Below, piece by piece: positions 10,046 to 19,799 of a stretch of 64,000 nucleotides of DNA. Under the pieces are notes generated by a model. The model did no database searches. It was not told the origin of the DNA and saw only the letters and a program-made list of their open reading frames with translations. The DNA is from a candidate division FCPU426 bacterium (GTDB lineage Bacteria; Oederibacteriota; Muellerivitia; Muellerivitales; Muellerivitaceae), in contig CAWHOE010000064.1 in NCBI GenBank assembly GCA_963830915.1, positions 32,001 through 96,000 of the forward strand, written 5' to 3'. Numbering within the stretch: the first letter of the stretch is position 1; each line of letters opens with the position of its first letter. The position numbers were made by a program, and so were the translations under genes.

Positions 10046-11080
10046 ATGAAAGTTCTCATCATCGGCGGCACCGGCCTCATCTCCACGGCCATCGTGGACC
10101 AATTGGTCGAAAGGGGCGACGAGGTGACGGTCTTCAACCGGGGTTACACCGAATGGCGCATCCCGAAGAACGTCAAGGTGATCCACGGGGACCGTTGGAA
10201 ATATCCCGAGTTCGAGGCCCAGATGAAGGGCCTGTCCTACGACGCGGTTATCGACATGGTGGCCTTCGCGCCCGAGAACGCCGAATCGGTCTTGAGGGCC
10301 TTCGCCGGTCGGGTGAAACACATCCTGGTCTGTTCCACGGTCTGCGTTTACGGCGGACCCATGACCAAGCTTCCCGCCACTGACGACGAACCCCATCGGC
10401 CTGTGACCGACTACGGCCGGAACAAGTCCAAGATCGAGTCCATCCTTCTCTCCGCCAACGGCAAGGACGGCCTTCAGACCACCGTCCTTCGTCCCTCCTT
10501 CACGACCGGCGAGGGCACGACCGCTTCGGGCCTCATGTTCGATGACAGCCTTCCCAACCGCATCCGCAAAGGATTGCCGGTCATCGTCATGGATGACGGC
10601 AAGGCGGCTTGGGCCATCGCCCATGTATCCGATGTGGCTCGGGGCTTCGTGAACGCCATCCTGAACCCCAAGGCCTATGGCCAGGCTTATCATCTGACCA
10701 GCGACGAACACACCACCTGGGATGGGGTTTTCCAGACCATGGCCCAAGCCATCGGCGGTAAATTCAACCCGGTCCACATCCCCACCGAATGGCTATATGC
10801 TCAGGCTCCCCGCCGAAGTATCGGGGTTAAATACATCTATCAATACCCTTCCATCTTCGACAACAGCAAGGCCGCCCGCGACCTGGGGTTTAAAACAACC
10901 GTACTTTTGGAGGATACTTTCCGGCGGCAGGTAGCATGGATGGAAAAAAGGGGCAAGATGAAGGATGTGATGGACGAACCCTTTGAGGACATAATGATCG
11001 AAGGTTATCAGAAAAACCAAAGGGATTTCCTGGACTCCAAGCTGGATTGGAATCCCTGGGGCAATGGCACCACCAACTAA
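10046..11080 (+). CDS. NAD-dependent epimerase/dehydratase (extended SDR)
   Basis: GGTGLIS Rossmann motif, YGRNK catalytic motif. Confidence 0.88.
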   Translation: MKVLIIGGTGLISTAIVDQLVERGDEVTVFNRGYTEWRIPKNVKVIHGDRWKYPEFEAQMKGLSYDAVIDMVAFAPENAESVLRAFAGRVKHILVCSTVCVYGGPMTKLPATDDEPHRPVTDYGRNKSKIESILLSANGKDGLQTTVLRPSFTTGEGTTASGLMFDDSLPNRIRKGLPVIVMDDGKAAWAIAHVSDVARGFVNAILNPKAYGQAYHLTSDEHTTWDGVFQTMAQAIGGKFNPVHIPTEWLYAQAPRRSIGVKYIYQYPSIFDNSKAARDLGFKTTVLLEDTFRRQVAWMEKRGKMKDVMDEPFEDIMIEGYQKNQRDFLDSKLDWNPWGNGTTN

Positions 11081-11207
11081 ACGGGTTGGTGATTCAGCCT
11101 GTAAACCTTGACTTTTAATCACCCTGATTTAGACTATAGCGCCCGCAGGGCTTATAATGAGTTTTCGATAGTTTTGCGGGTTTAAAAACAAACAAAAACC
11201 ACCTTAT

Positions 11208-11282
11208 TCCCCGGTAGCTCAATGGTGGAGCATGCGACTGTTAATCGCAGGGTTGTTGGTTCGAGTCCAACCCGGGGAGCCA
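11208..11282 (+). tRNA. tRNA-Asn(GTT)
   Basis: TCCCCGGTAGCTCAATGG...TGCGA CTGTTAA TCGCA...GGTTCGAGTCC...GCCA. Confidence 0.97.
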
Positions 11283-11703
11283 TTAAAAATAAAAGGCCTT
11301 CGCCGATTTTCGGCGAGGGCCTTTTTGCTTTTATGCTTTCCCTGGGTTGAGAAGGGGTGCGGGGAGGAACGGAGGTTCCTCCCCGGCCTTTCAATGGGGT
11401 ACACAGGGGGCACTTCCCCTGTGAGCGCGAAGCGCCAACCCGCAGGAGCCTTTTTGACTTGGACGAGAACCAAAAGGGAAAGTCTGAAAACGGGAGTTTT
11501 CAGGCCTTCTTCGGGGTACATAGGGGGATCTCCCTATGAATGCGAAGCATGGTTCGATGTTCACCAGGGGAGCCATTAAAATTAAAAGGCCTTCGCCGAT
11601 TTTCGGCGAGGGCCTTTTTGCTTTTATGCTTTCCCTGGGTTGAGGAGGGGTGCGGGGAGGAACGGAGGTTCCTTCCCGGACTCTCAATGGGGTACACAGG
11701 GGG
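11274..11703 (+). repeat. Direct repeat (~137 bp, period 293 bp) of the tRNA-Asn 3' end, terminator and palindromic tail
   Basis: 11274-11410 is nearly identical to 11567-11703; the second copy is preceded by a decayed T-arm GGTTCGATGTTCACC. Confidence 0.9.
11291..11326 (+). terminator. Intrinsic terminator after tRNA-Asn (second copy at 11584-11619)
   Basis: AAAAGGCCTTCGCCGA-TTT-TCGGCGAGGGCCTTTTT. Confidence 0.85.
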
Positions 11704-11832
11704 TATTTGCCCTATCAGCGTAGCGACAGTTCGATATTCACACAGAGAATACTTATTGGTTTTCATCTAGGTCTTCACCCATTGTGATTTACATCAGCCA
11801 TCCCGTCTCCTCCCGAGCGCTAGAATACGCCC

Positions 11833-12207
11833 ATGTCAACCGAAGGAGCTTCCATGCGCAAGATCAAACCCGACCCGTCCCTGGTGTCCTGTTGCGGCAT
11901 CTTCTGCGGGGCTTGCGGTTCTTACCTGAACGAGAAATGCGACGGCTGCCACCAAACCGAAAGCCGTTCCTGGTGCAAAGTGCGGGAATGCTGCAATAAG
12001 AAAGGCATCTCCACCTGCGCCCAATGCAACGAGTTCGCGGACCCCAATGCTTGCGGAAAGTTCAATAATCTCATTTCTAAAGTTGTTGGTTTCTTCACGA
12101 AATCCGACCGTCCGGCCTGCCTCAAACAGATCCACGAGACCGGGCTGGAAGCCTACGCCGTTAAAATGGCGGCCCTAAAAATGCGGGCGATCCGCCGAAC
12201 CGGGTGA
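11833..12207 (+). CDS. DUF3795-like cysteine-rich protein
   Basis: CCGIFCGAC...CDGC...CKVRECC...TCAQC pattern; start may be 11854. Confidence 0.8.
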   Translation: MSTEGASMRKIKPDPSLVSCCGIFCGACGSYLNEKCDGCHQTESRSWCKVRECCNKKGISTCAQCNEFADPNACGKFNNLISKVVGFFTKSDRPACLKQIHETGLEAYAVKMAALKMRAIRRTG

Positions 12208-12223
12208 TAAACTTCTTTTCAAC

Positions 12224-12721
12224 ATGGACCCAATCAAATTCATTCCAGTAACGGGCGAATCCCTTATCTCCTGCGTTGAATCCCTAGCTCAAAAGATCTG
12301 GCCCGAACATTACGTGCCCATCATCGGAAAAGCCCAAGTGGATTACATGCTGGGGAAATTCCAATCCAAAGAAGCCATTTCTGCTCAATTGGAAGAGGGC
12401 TACTTTTATTACCTGGTCCATTCCCCGCGTGGGGAACCCATCGGGTATCTTTCGGTGATACCCCAGGAATCCGATCTTTTCCTTAGTAAGTTCTATATAG
12501 ACTCATCCCACCGTGGAAAAGGTTATGGCCGCAAGGCCATAACCTTTGTCCAAGCAATTGCCCAAAAAAGAGGCTTTGCCCGAATCACCCTGACCGTCCA
12601 TAAGCGAAACCCTTCCGTAGCGGTCTACCAAAAAATGGGATTCACCATCCTTTGTCCCATCATTACGGACATCGGCGAGGGTTATTTTATGGACGATTTT
12701 CGAATGGCGCTCCCGCTTTGA
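12224..12721 (+). CDS. GNAT-family N-acetyltransferase
   Basis: RGKGYG acetyl-CoA motif, YQKMGF. Confidence 0.88.
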   Translation: MDPIKFIPVTGESLISCVESLAQKIWPEHYVPIIGKAQVDYMLGKFQSKEAISAQLEEGYFYYLVHSPRGEPIGYLSVIPQESDLFLSKFYIDSSHRGKGYGRKAITFVQAIAQKRGFARITLTVHKRNPSVAVYQKMGFTILCPIITDIGEGYFMDDFRMALPL

Positions 12722-12851
12722 TCTCATCCCATCGACCGCTCGATCCTTGGCATTGGAATATCCGTAAAAATTCCCCGAAATTGGCGAGGATTTATTCCCT
12801 CCTTTCGTTTTAAAATGCAGACCTTCTTGAGACCGTGATAGGATTTGTCCC

Positions 12852-13937
12852 ATGAAAATGATCATTACCGGCGGGGCCGGGTTCATCGGCTCCAATTTCG
12901 TCCGCATGGCCCTGAAAGAAGGACATCAGGTTGTGGTTTTGGACCTCTTGACCTACGCGGGCCATGAATCCACCCTTCGGGAGGTCAAAGACCACCCCTC
13001 GTTCTCTTTCGTCAAGGGGGACGTGTCAGACCGCGCCCTGGTCCGCCAGCTCATCGGTCAGCACCTTCCCGACGCCATCGTTCATTTCGCCGCCGAGACC
13101 CACGTGGACCGTTCTATCGATGATCCCTCGGGGTTCCTCAAGACCAACGTGATGGGCACTTTCGAGTTGATGGAAGCCTGCCGCCATCAGTCGTCCTTGC
13201 CGCAAGGATTCCGTTTTCTACTCGTCTCCACGGATGAGGTTTATGGCGCGCTTGGCCCGACCGGATTCTTTTCCGAGACCAGTCCTTATGCCCCCAACTC
13301 GCCCTATGCCGCCAGCAAAGCCTCAGCTGACCTCCTGGCCCGGGCTTTCCACGAGACCTTCCGCTTCCCGGTCATTATCACCAATTGCTCGAACAACTAC
13401 GGGCCCCGTCAGTTCCCCGAAAAACTCATCCCCTTGATGATCCTAAACGCCTTGGAAGGAAAGGACCTTCCCGTCTACGGTGACGGCATGCAGGTTCGGG
13501 ATTGGATCCATGTGGATGACCATTGTTCAGGCATCCTGGCCGCCCTCAAAACAGGTAAGCCTGGCGCCCATTACCTTTTCGGCGGAAGGTCCGAGCGCGC
13601 CAATCTCCAGGTCCTGGAGGCCATCCTCCGGTCCATCGAGGAATTCCAACCCGCCTCCCGAAATCCCGCCCTAAAAGCCAAAGGCGTGGCTGATTACCCA
13701 TCCTTGCGGAAGTTCGTGAAAGACCGGCCGGGACATGACCGCCGGTACGCCATTGATCCTTCATTCGCCGAGAAAGAACTGGGCTGGAAAATAAGGCGGA
13801 ACTTTGAGGAAGCCATTCGTGAAACTACCCAGTGGTACCTGAACAACCTGGACTGGTGCCAACTGGTGCAAAAGGACCGTTACGATCGAGAACGTCTGGG
13901 CCTGTCAGTGAATCCAGTCAAAGGAGACAACAAATGA
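12852..13937 (+). CDS. rfbB: dTDP-glucose 4,6-dehydratase
   Basis: TGGAGFIGSNFV, AAETHVDRSI, STDEVYG, NCSNNYG, DRPGHDRRY. Confidence 0.96.
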   Translation: MKMIITGGAGFIGSNFVRMALKEGHQVVVLDLLTYAGHESTLREVKDHPSFSFVKGDVSDRALVRQLIGQHLPDAIVHFAAETHVDRSIDDPSGFLKTNVMGTFELMEACRHQSSLPQGFRFLLVSTDEVYGALGPTGFFSETSPYAPNSPYAASKASADLLARAFHETFRFPVIITNCSNNYGPRQFPEKLIPLMILNALEGKDLPVYGDGMQVRDWIHVDDHCSGILAALKTGKPGAHYLFGGRSERANLQVLEAILRSIEEFQPASRNPALKAKGVADYPSLRKFVKDRPGHDRRYAIDPSFAEKELGWKIRRNFEEAIRETTQWYLNNLDWCQLVQKDRYDRERLGLSVNPVKGDNK

Positions 13938-14806
13938 AAGGTATCCTTTTGGCGGGAGGGGCGGGGACCCGTCTTCATCCCACGACCCGCGGAGTTTCAA
14001 AACAGTTGCTTCCCCTTTACGACAAACCCATGGTCTATTACCCCCTGACCACCCTATTGTGGACCGGGGCGAAAGAGATCCTGATCATCACCACCCCCGA
14101 GGACCAATCCTCGTATCAACGCCTTCTGACCGACGGTTCCTGGCTGGGGATCAAGTTCCACTGGGCCGTCCAGGCCGAGCCCAAGGGCATTTCCCAGGCC
14201 TTATTGATCGGAAAGGATTTCCTCGCGGGCGAACCCTGCACCCTGGCCCTGGGAGACAACGTGTTCTACGGGCATGGCCTGCCTGAGGCCCTTCAAAAAT
14301 CCTCAAAGACGGCCAAAAGCGGCGCCACGGTTTTCGTCTACCAGGTCAGCGACCCCCAGCGTTATGGCGTGATGGAATTCGACGGAAAAGGGAACCCGAA
14401 AGGTATCGTGGAAAAACCGAAAGATCCCCCTTCCTCCTGGGCCGTCACGGGTCTCTATATGTATGACGGCTCCGCCCCAGAGCGTGCCGCCAAGCTCAAA
14501 CCCTCGCCCCGAGGCGAATTGGAGATCACCGACCTGAACCTGAGTTATCTTTCCTCCGGGGACCTACGGGTGGAGAAACTTGGCCGAGGGATCGCCTGGC
14601 TGGATACGGGCACTCCCACCGCCATGCTTCAGGCCAGTATGTTCATCCAGGCCATCGAGGAAAGGCAGGGATTGAAGGTCTGTTGTCCCGAGGAAGTGGC
14701 CTTTCGTCTGGGCTTGATCGGGGAAAAAGATGTACTCCGCCAGGCGGAAACCCTGGGTAAAAGCGCCTATGGCCAATATTTGAAAACCCTCTTGGAGAAG
14801 GCTTGA
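13934..14806 (+). CDS. rfbA: Glucose-1-phosphate thymidylyltransferase
   Basis: MKGILLAGGAGTRLHP, SKQLLPLYDKP, WLDTGT; ATGA overlap with rfbB. Confidence 0.96.
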   Translation: MKGILLAGGAGTRLHPTTRGVSKQLLPLYDKPMVYYPLTTLLWTGAKEILIITTPEDQSSYQRLLTDGSWLGIKFHWAVQAEPKGISQALLIGKDFLAGEPCTLALGDNVFYGHGLPEALQKSSKTAKSGATVFVYQVSDPQRYGVMEFDGKGNPKGIVEKPKDPPSSWAVTGLYMYDGSAPERAAKLKPSPRGELEITDLNLSYLSSGDLRVEKLGRGIAWLDTGTPTAMLQASMFIQAIEERQGLKVCCPEEVAFRLGLIGEKDVLRQAETLGKSAYGQYLKTLLEKA

Positions 14807-15354
14807 TGAATCTGTTGGTGGAAAAAACCCCTCTTGAGGGGCTCCTATGCCTGACACCCCAGGTTTTCGGGGATTCCCGAGGTCATCTGGTAGAAACTTA
14901 CCATGAGGATAAATACCGTCAGGCCGGGATCACCCGCTCCTTCGTCCAGGACAACCAATCCTATTCCCTTAAGGGCGTCCTTCGGGGACTCCATGCCCAG
15001 ATCAAGCGCCCCCAGGCCAAACTGGTGCGTTCGGCAGCCGGTGAGATCTTCGACGTGGCCGTGGATGCCAGGCCTTCTTCCCCCACTTTTGGCAAATGGC
15101 ACGGGGTCCTTTTAACGGGTGAAAATCACAAACAACTTTTCATCCCCGAGGGTTTTCTCCACGGGTTTTGTGTTCTATCCGAATCCGCGGTGATGCATTA
15201 TAAATGCTCCGACATTTACACGCCCGATGACCAGTGGGGCGTGCTTTGGGATGACCCTCAACTCGGGATTACCTGGCCTAACCAAAAGCCTATTCTTTCT
15301 GACAAAGACCTTCGGAACCTTTCTTGGGAAAAATTCATCGAGAACATCAAGTAA
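14803..15354 (+). CDS. rfbC: dTDP-4-dehydrorhamnose 3,5-epimerase
   Basis: GDSRG, VLRGLH, HGFCVLS, LSDKD. Confidence 0.95.
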   Translation: MMNLLVEKTPLEGLLCLTPQVFGDSRGHLVETYHEDKYRQAGITRSFVQDNQSYSLKGVLRGLHAQIKRPQAKLVRSAAGEIFDVAVDARPSSPTFGKWHGVLLTGENHKQLFIPEGFLHGFCVLSESAVMHYKCSDIYTPDDQWGVLWDDPQLGITWPNQKPILSDKDLRNLSWEKFIENIK

Positions 15355-15457
15355 CAAGCCTTTTTCTTCTGCAACTTTTTTTCCTCCCCCTTCGTCCTAT
15401 ATACGGGAAGCAACTTAAACCCAAAGTAAATCACCCGAAAGGGTACGGAGGATTCAG

Positions 15458-15661
15458 ATGAAAAAGGTAATCGCTACGTTGATGACGGTCTTGTTTTTCG
15501 GTTCGATGACTGCCGCGGTGTTCGCTCAGGCTCCCGCGACAACCACTCCCGCTCCGGCGGCCAAGACTATGAAGCACAAGAAACACACCCCTAAAAAGGT
15601 GAAGAAAGCCGCGAAGCCAGCCGTTGCGCCGGCCGCTGCCAGCACCCCGGCCGCCAAGTAA
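15458..15661 (+). CDS. Small secreted Lys/Ala/Pro-rich protein
   Basis: GGAGG RBS, signal peptide ending VFA, low-complexity basic tail, own terminator. Confidence 0.8.
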   Translation: MKKVIATLMTVLFFGSMTAAVFAQAPATTTPAPAAKTMKHKKHTPKKVKKAAKPAVAPAAASTPAAK

Positions 15662-15706
15662 GTTTTCTTCTGTAGAAAAGACCGGACCTTAGCCCCGGTC
15701 TCACGG

Positions 15707-15744
15707 AAACCCTTAGGATCTCGGTCCTAAGGGTTTTCTTTTTT
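15707..15744 (+). terminator. Intrinsic terminator
   Basis: AAACCCTTAGGA/TCCTAAGGGTTT stem followed by a T-run. Confidence 0.8.
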
Positions 15745-15851
15745 CAGCCATCTACTCCCTCCCATTCCAGAACAACTCCCCACCATCTATTTTCAACCTA
15801 TTCACAGGTCATTCCTTTGAATAAAATAAGCGGGATCTTTTTGAAAGGATA

Positions 15852-16523
15852 TTGATGCTCCATCCCCGGTTATTCTTTTTATTCGCGCTTTACGCCACGC
15901 TTTCTTCCTTCTCAATCGCAATGGCCGATGACTGTTCCAACCCTTCCCCCTTGGATAAAAACACCCCCGACTACCGGATCCGGATCACTTATCCCATTCT
16001 CTCGACCGCCACGGCCACCTGCCAGATCCATCAATGGTTGGACGGGAATCTATTGATCTTCAATAACGAATTGAAAAAGAAAAATACCGCCCATCACTGG
16101 AAAGCCGAATACCTTGCCCAACCATCCACACTCCGCTCACGCAAGACCGAAACTGCGATACTCAATATTTATGAATTCACCGGCGGGGCCAACGGCATGA
16201 CCCACACCCAGACCTTCACCCTTGACCGGGCTCAAGGTAGATTCATCGGCTGGTTAGGCTTATTCAAACCCGGTTCCGATTGGTACCACGCGGTCTATCC
16301 TTATGTCCTAAGCGCGGCCCAACCCTATCACACGGACGCGAAATGGTTCGAGCATGGCGCCGGCCCTAACCCCGATCTCTATCAACGATTCGCCCTGGAT
16401 CAAAAGGACCTGGTCCTATATTTTGAACCGGTCGCGATCGCTCCCCACTCGGCCGGGACCATCACCGTTCGCATCCCCCTCGTTCAATTGAAGCCCATCC
16501 TGAACCCTCTTTACCTTCCTTGA
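15852..16523 (+). CDS. RsiV/DUF3298-like exported protein
   Basis: Signal peptide, YEFTGGANG and LVLYFEPVAIAPHSAG motifs. Confidence 0.75.
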   Translation: MMLHPRLFFLFALYATLSSFSIAMADDCSNPSPLDKNTPDYRIRITYPILSTATATCQIHQWLDGNLLIFNNELKKKNTAHHWKAEYLAQPSTLRSRKTETAILNIYEFTGGANGMTHTQTFTLDRAQGRFIGWLGLFKPGSDWYHAVYPYVLSAAQPYHTDAKWFEHGAGPNPDLYQRFALDQKDLVLYFEPVAIAPHSAGTITVRIPLVQLKPILNPLYLP

Positions 16524-18460
16524 CCCCATCTCGGATCGCCCTACTTCTGATCTTGTCCTGTGCCGCCGCCCAAGGATGGGCTCTGGACTATTACCTTTCC
16601 CCTTCCGGGAACGACGCCTGGAGCGGCACCCTCTCGCAAGCCACTACCGATAAAACGGATGGACCCTTCGCTTCCATTCCAAGGGCCTTGCAAGTCATCC
16701 GGGCGAATGCGTCGAAAAATCCATCCCAACCGGCCCGCGTGCTCTTTCGGGAAGGGACCTATACCATCGACTCCATCCCCTCCCTTTACGCCTGCGATTC
16801 CGGCTTGACCCTGGAAGCCTATCCTGGTGAACATCCCATCCTTTCCGGCGGAAAACCCATCACAGGTTGGAAAAAGGACGGCGATAAATTTTGGCGGGCC
16901 TCCATCCTGGACCCTTCTGGTATCCCATGGGATTTCCGCGTTCTCTCCGTCAACGGTTCCCTCCGGCCCAGGGCCCGCCTGCCTGAAGAAGGCTACTACA
17001 CCCATCTGACCCGCTATGACACCCGTTGGATGAGCTCCACAGGAGGTGGGTGGCAGACCGCGCCGACCCAGGAACAGATGACCCATCTCCAATACGATCC
17101 CAAGGACCTGGGCTCTTGGCTTGATCTGGCGAACGCCGAGGTGGCCGTCTATCACATGTGGGACATGTCCATGATGAAACCTATCTCCAACGATCCCGAT
17201 ACCCATACTTTGACCTTCGCCTATCCCGGAGAACATCCTCCCGGTGCCTTCGACGTCCACAACTATGTGGTCTATAACGTAAAGGAAGGAATGTTGAAAC
17301 CAGGTCAATGGTTCCTGGACCACTCCAAGAACGAGGTGGTCTATTGGCCCCTGCCGAATGAGGACATGACCCAAGCGGTGGTCCTAGCGCCCTATAAGGA
17401 CTGTTTGCTCCGAGTGGATGGGGCCAAGGATCTGCCGGTTAGCGACCTTTCGATAACGGGACTTTCGTTCACTCTAGCTAACGCGCCATTGGTCAAAGGC
17501 GGTTTTGGGTGCTACGACCTGGGCGGGGCGTTGGACATGAACCACACCAAGAACTGCCATATCAACGGTCTAAAGGTATTTCGGGTAGCCGGTACTGGCA
17601 TCAAGGCCCAGGATTCGAAAGATCTGCTGGTTGAAAATTGTGATGTCCGGGAAACGGGCGCCTGCGGTATCAGGGCGACCGGAACGGCCGTCACGATCCT
17701 CAACAACCAGATCCAGACCGTAGGAAGGATCTATCCCTCCGCCATCGCCCTTTGGACCGAGGGGGTTTCGGGAGTCAGGATCCTCCACAACTGGATCCAT
17801 GACTGTCTTTATGACGGCATTACCAACGGCGCCAGCGACACCCTTATCGAAAAGAACCTCATTGAGCGGGTCATGTTGGAAATGCACGACGGCGGCGGGA
17901 TCTATTCCGGTTTCTGCCACGGGGTCACGATGAGGGGGAATGTGGCGAGGGATATCCCTGACACGGGAGGATACGGTTCCTCTTCCTATTACCTGGACGA
18001 ACAATCCACCCAATGCCTGGTGGAGGGGAACCTTTCGGTGAACGTAGCTCGGCCTTCCCAGAACCACATGGCCCACGATAACGTCATCCGGAACAACATT
18101 TTCGTGACCGAAGGTGATGGCGCCCTGCATTTCGCCAAATGCAAGAATTACTTGGTCGAGAAGAACGTGATCCAGTCCAAGGGCCAGATCGTCTTCAGGG
18201 CTCCCTCCGATGGCATCACCACATTCCGGGACAACCTGCTCTCCAGCGGTATCTCCTCCGTGCGGTGGACCACCCTAGTGGATTACAACGACCAGTCCAA
18301 CAATCCTTATGAAGCCAAGGACGGAAACCTTCTCGCCGATCCCCTATTCCAGGGCAAGGATGACTTCCGGTTCCAACCCGCCTCCCCCGCCCTCAAGCTG
18401 GGCATTCCCCAGATCGGAACGAGCGATGCTGGCCTCCTAACGGCGGCTCCGGCCAGGTGA
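16520..18460 (+). CDS. Secreted right-handed beta-helix protein (putative polysaccharide-degrading enzyme)
   Basis: YLSPSGNDAWSG...DGPFA, DGGGIY, YYLDE, parallel beta-helix repeats. Confidence 0.8.
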   Translation: MTPSRIALLLILSCAAAQGWALDYYLSPSGNDAWSGTLSQATTDKTDGPFASIPRALQVIRANASKNPSQPARVLFREGTYTIDSIPSLYACDSGLTLEAYPGEHPILSGGKPITGWKKDGDKFWRASILDPSGIPWDFRVLSVNGSLRPRARLPEEGYYTHLTRYDTRWMSSTGGGWQTAPTQEQMTHLQYDPKDLGSWLDLANAEVAVYHMWDMSMMKPISNDPDTHTLTFAYPGEHPPGAFDVHNYVVYNVKEGMLKPGQWFLDHSKNEVVYWPLPNEDMTQAVVLAPYKDCLLRVDGAKDLPVSDLSITGLSFTLANAPLVKGGFGCYDLGGALDMNHTKNCHINGLKVFRVAGTGIKAQDSKDLLVENCDVRETGACGIRATGTAVTILNNQIQTVGRIYPSAIALWTEGVSGVRILHNWIHDCLYDGITNGASDTLIEKNLIERVMLEMHDGGGIYSGFCHGVTMRGNVARDIPDTGGYGSSSYYLDEQSTQCLVEGNLSVNVARPSQNHMAHDNVIRNNIFVTEGDGALHFAKCKNYLVEKNVIQSKGQIVFRAPSDGITTFRDNLLSSGISSVRWTTLVDYNDQSNNPYEAKDGNLLADPLFQGKDDFRFQPASPALKLGIPQIGTSDAGLLTAAPAR

Positions 18461-18538
18461 TTTTTGGGCGGTAATTCCATCTTCCCTGGGTTATCTTAGT
18501 CGCCAAGCGGGGCGAGACCCCTCTTCCAAAGGAATCCC

Positions 18539-19396
18539 ATGAATCCCATCCAAATAGCGGTCTTAGCCGTCATCCAGGGCCTGGCCGAACTTCTTCCCAT
18601 CTCCAGTTCAGCCCATGTCATCGTGGCCGAGAAACTGATGGGCTTGGACCCAACCAACCCCCAGATGACCCTGCTCCTGGTGGCACTTCACACCGGCACC
18701 ATGCTGGCGGTCCTTTTCTATTTCTGGAAAGGCTGGAAGGAACAATATTTCCAGACCAAGGAACGGACCTCCTCTTTTTTGAAACAGGTCCTTTTGGCCA
18801 CCCTGGTCACCCTGGCCGCGGGTGTCGTGTTGATCAAGTTCATTGAGAAGGTCATCCTTCGGGCCGAGCCCAACGCCGAGATCGAGTCGCTTTTTGGCGA
18901 TCTCAGCCTTGTCTCAGCCGCCCTGGCCGCGGCGGGAGCGCTCATCCTTTACGCCTCCATGCGGGAACCAGCCGCGAAGAACCTTAAAAAGCTGGGACCC
19001 GTTGAATCCATGACGATCGGCTTGGTTCAGGGCCTCTGCCTGCCCTTCCGCGGGTTCTCCCGTTCCGGCGCCACCATTTCAACCGGGTTGATCCTGGGCA
19101 TAGCCCGTCAAAAAGCCGAGGACTTCAGTTTCGCCCTGGCGGTGGCCATCACGCCCTTTGCCCTGGGCAAGGAGATCCTGCGCCTGTGGAAGACCAGGGA
19201 CATCATCCAATCCTCCGTCGGCTCGGTGTCGCACCTTTTCATTCCCGGCTTATTGGGGATGGTCCTCAGTTTCCTGGCCGGCCTGGTCGCCTTGAAATGG
19301 CTCTCCATCTGGCTGGAAAAAGGCCGGTGGAATTATTTTGGTTTTTACTGCGTGGCGGCGGCGATCATCCTCTGGTTGATCAAATCGAGGATCTAA
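18539..19396 (+). CDS. uppP: Undecaprenyl-diphosphatase
   Basis: QGLAELLPISSSAH, GFSRSGATI. Confidence 0.93.
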   Translation: MNPIQIAVLAVIQGLAELLPISSSAHVIVAEKLMGLDPTNPQMTLLLVALHTGTMLAVLFYFWKGWKEQYFQTKERTSSFLKQVLLATLVTLAAGVVLIKFIEKVILRAEPNAEIESLFGDLSLVSAALAAAGALILYASMREPAAKNLKKLGPVESMTIGLVQGLCLPFRGFSRSGATISTGLILGIARQKAEDFSFALAVAITPFALGKEILRLWKTRDIIQSSVGSVSHLFIPGLLGMVLSFLAGLVALKWLSIWLEKGRWNYFGFYCVAAAIILWLIKSRI

Positions 19397-19428
19397 AGCC
19401 CGGACGAAGTCATCAAAAAGGGGAAAGA

Positions 19429-19776
19429 ATGAAAATAACCATTTACCAAAAACCCACCTGTACCACCTGTCGGCAGGTGTTCAACGCCCTGAAAGAAAGC
19501 GGCGTGGATTTTGACTCGGTGAATTATTACCTCGAGCCCATCCCCAAGGTGAAACTCAAGGAACTTTTGAAGAAGATGGGCATGACCGCCAGGGAACTTC
19601 TCAGGACAAAGGAAGAAATTTATAAAGAGCTGGGACTTTCCAAGAAGGAATCGTCAGAAGAAGAACTTTTGGACCTGATGGTCAAACATCCCGACCTCAT
19701 CCAAAGGCCCATCGTCGAGAAAGGCGCCAAGGCCATCCTCGCCAGGCCCGCCGAACGGCTGAAAGAGATATTGTAA
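19429..19776 (+). CDS. ArsC/Spx-family protein
   Basis: YQKPTCTTCR, HPDLIQRPIV; real start at MKITIY. Confidence 0.88.
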   Translation: MKITIYQKPTCTTCRQVFNALKESGVDFDSVNYYLEPIPKVKLKELLKKMGMTARELLRTKEEIYKELGLSKKESSEEELLDLMVKHPDLIQRPIVEKGAKAILARPAERLKEIL

Positions 19777-19799
19777 CCAGCCGACCTTTTCGAGCCTAC

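Noticed and set aside
11182..11770. Several 60-115 aa ORFs over tRNA-Asn and its repeat, and a possible CRISPR array
   Set aside because: The ORFs overlap the tRNA and palindromes and have no protein motifs; there are two long repeats only, no regular repeat-spacer pattern and no cas genes
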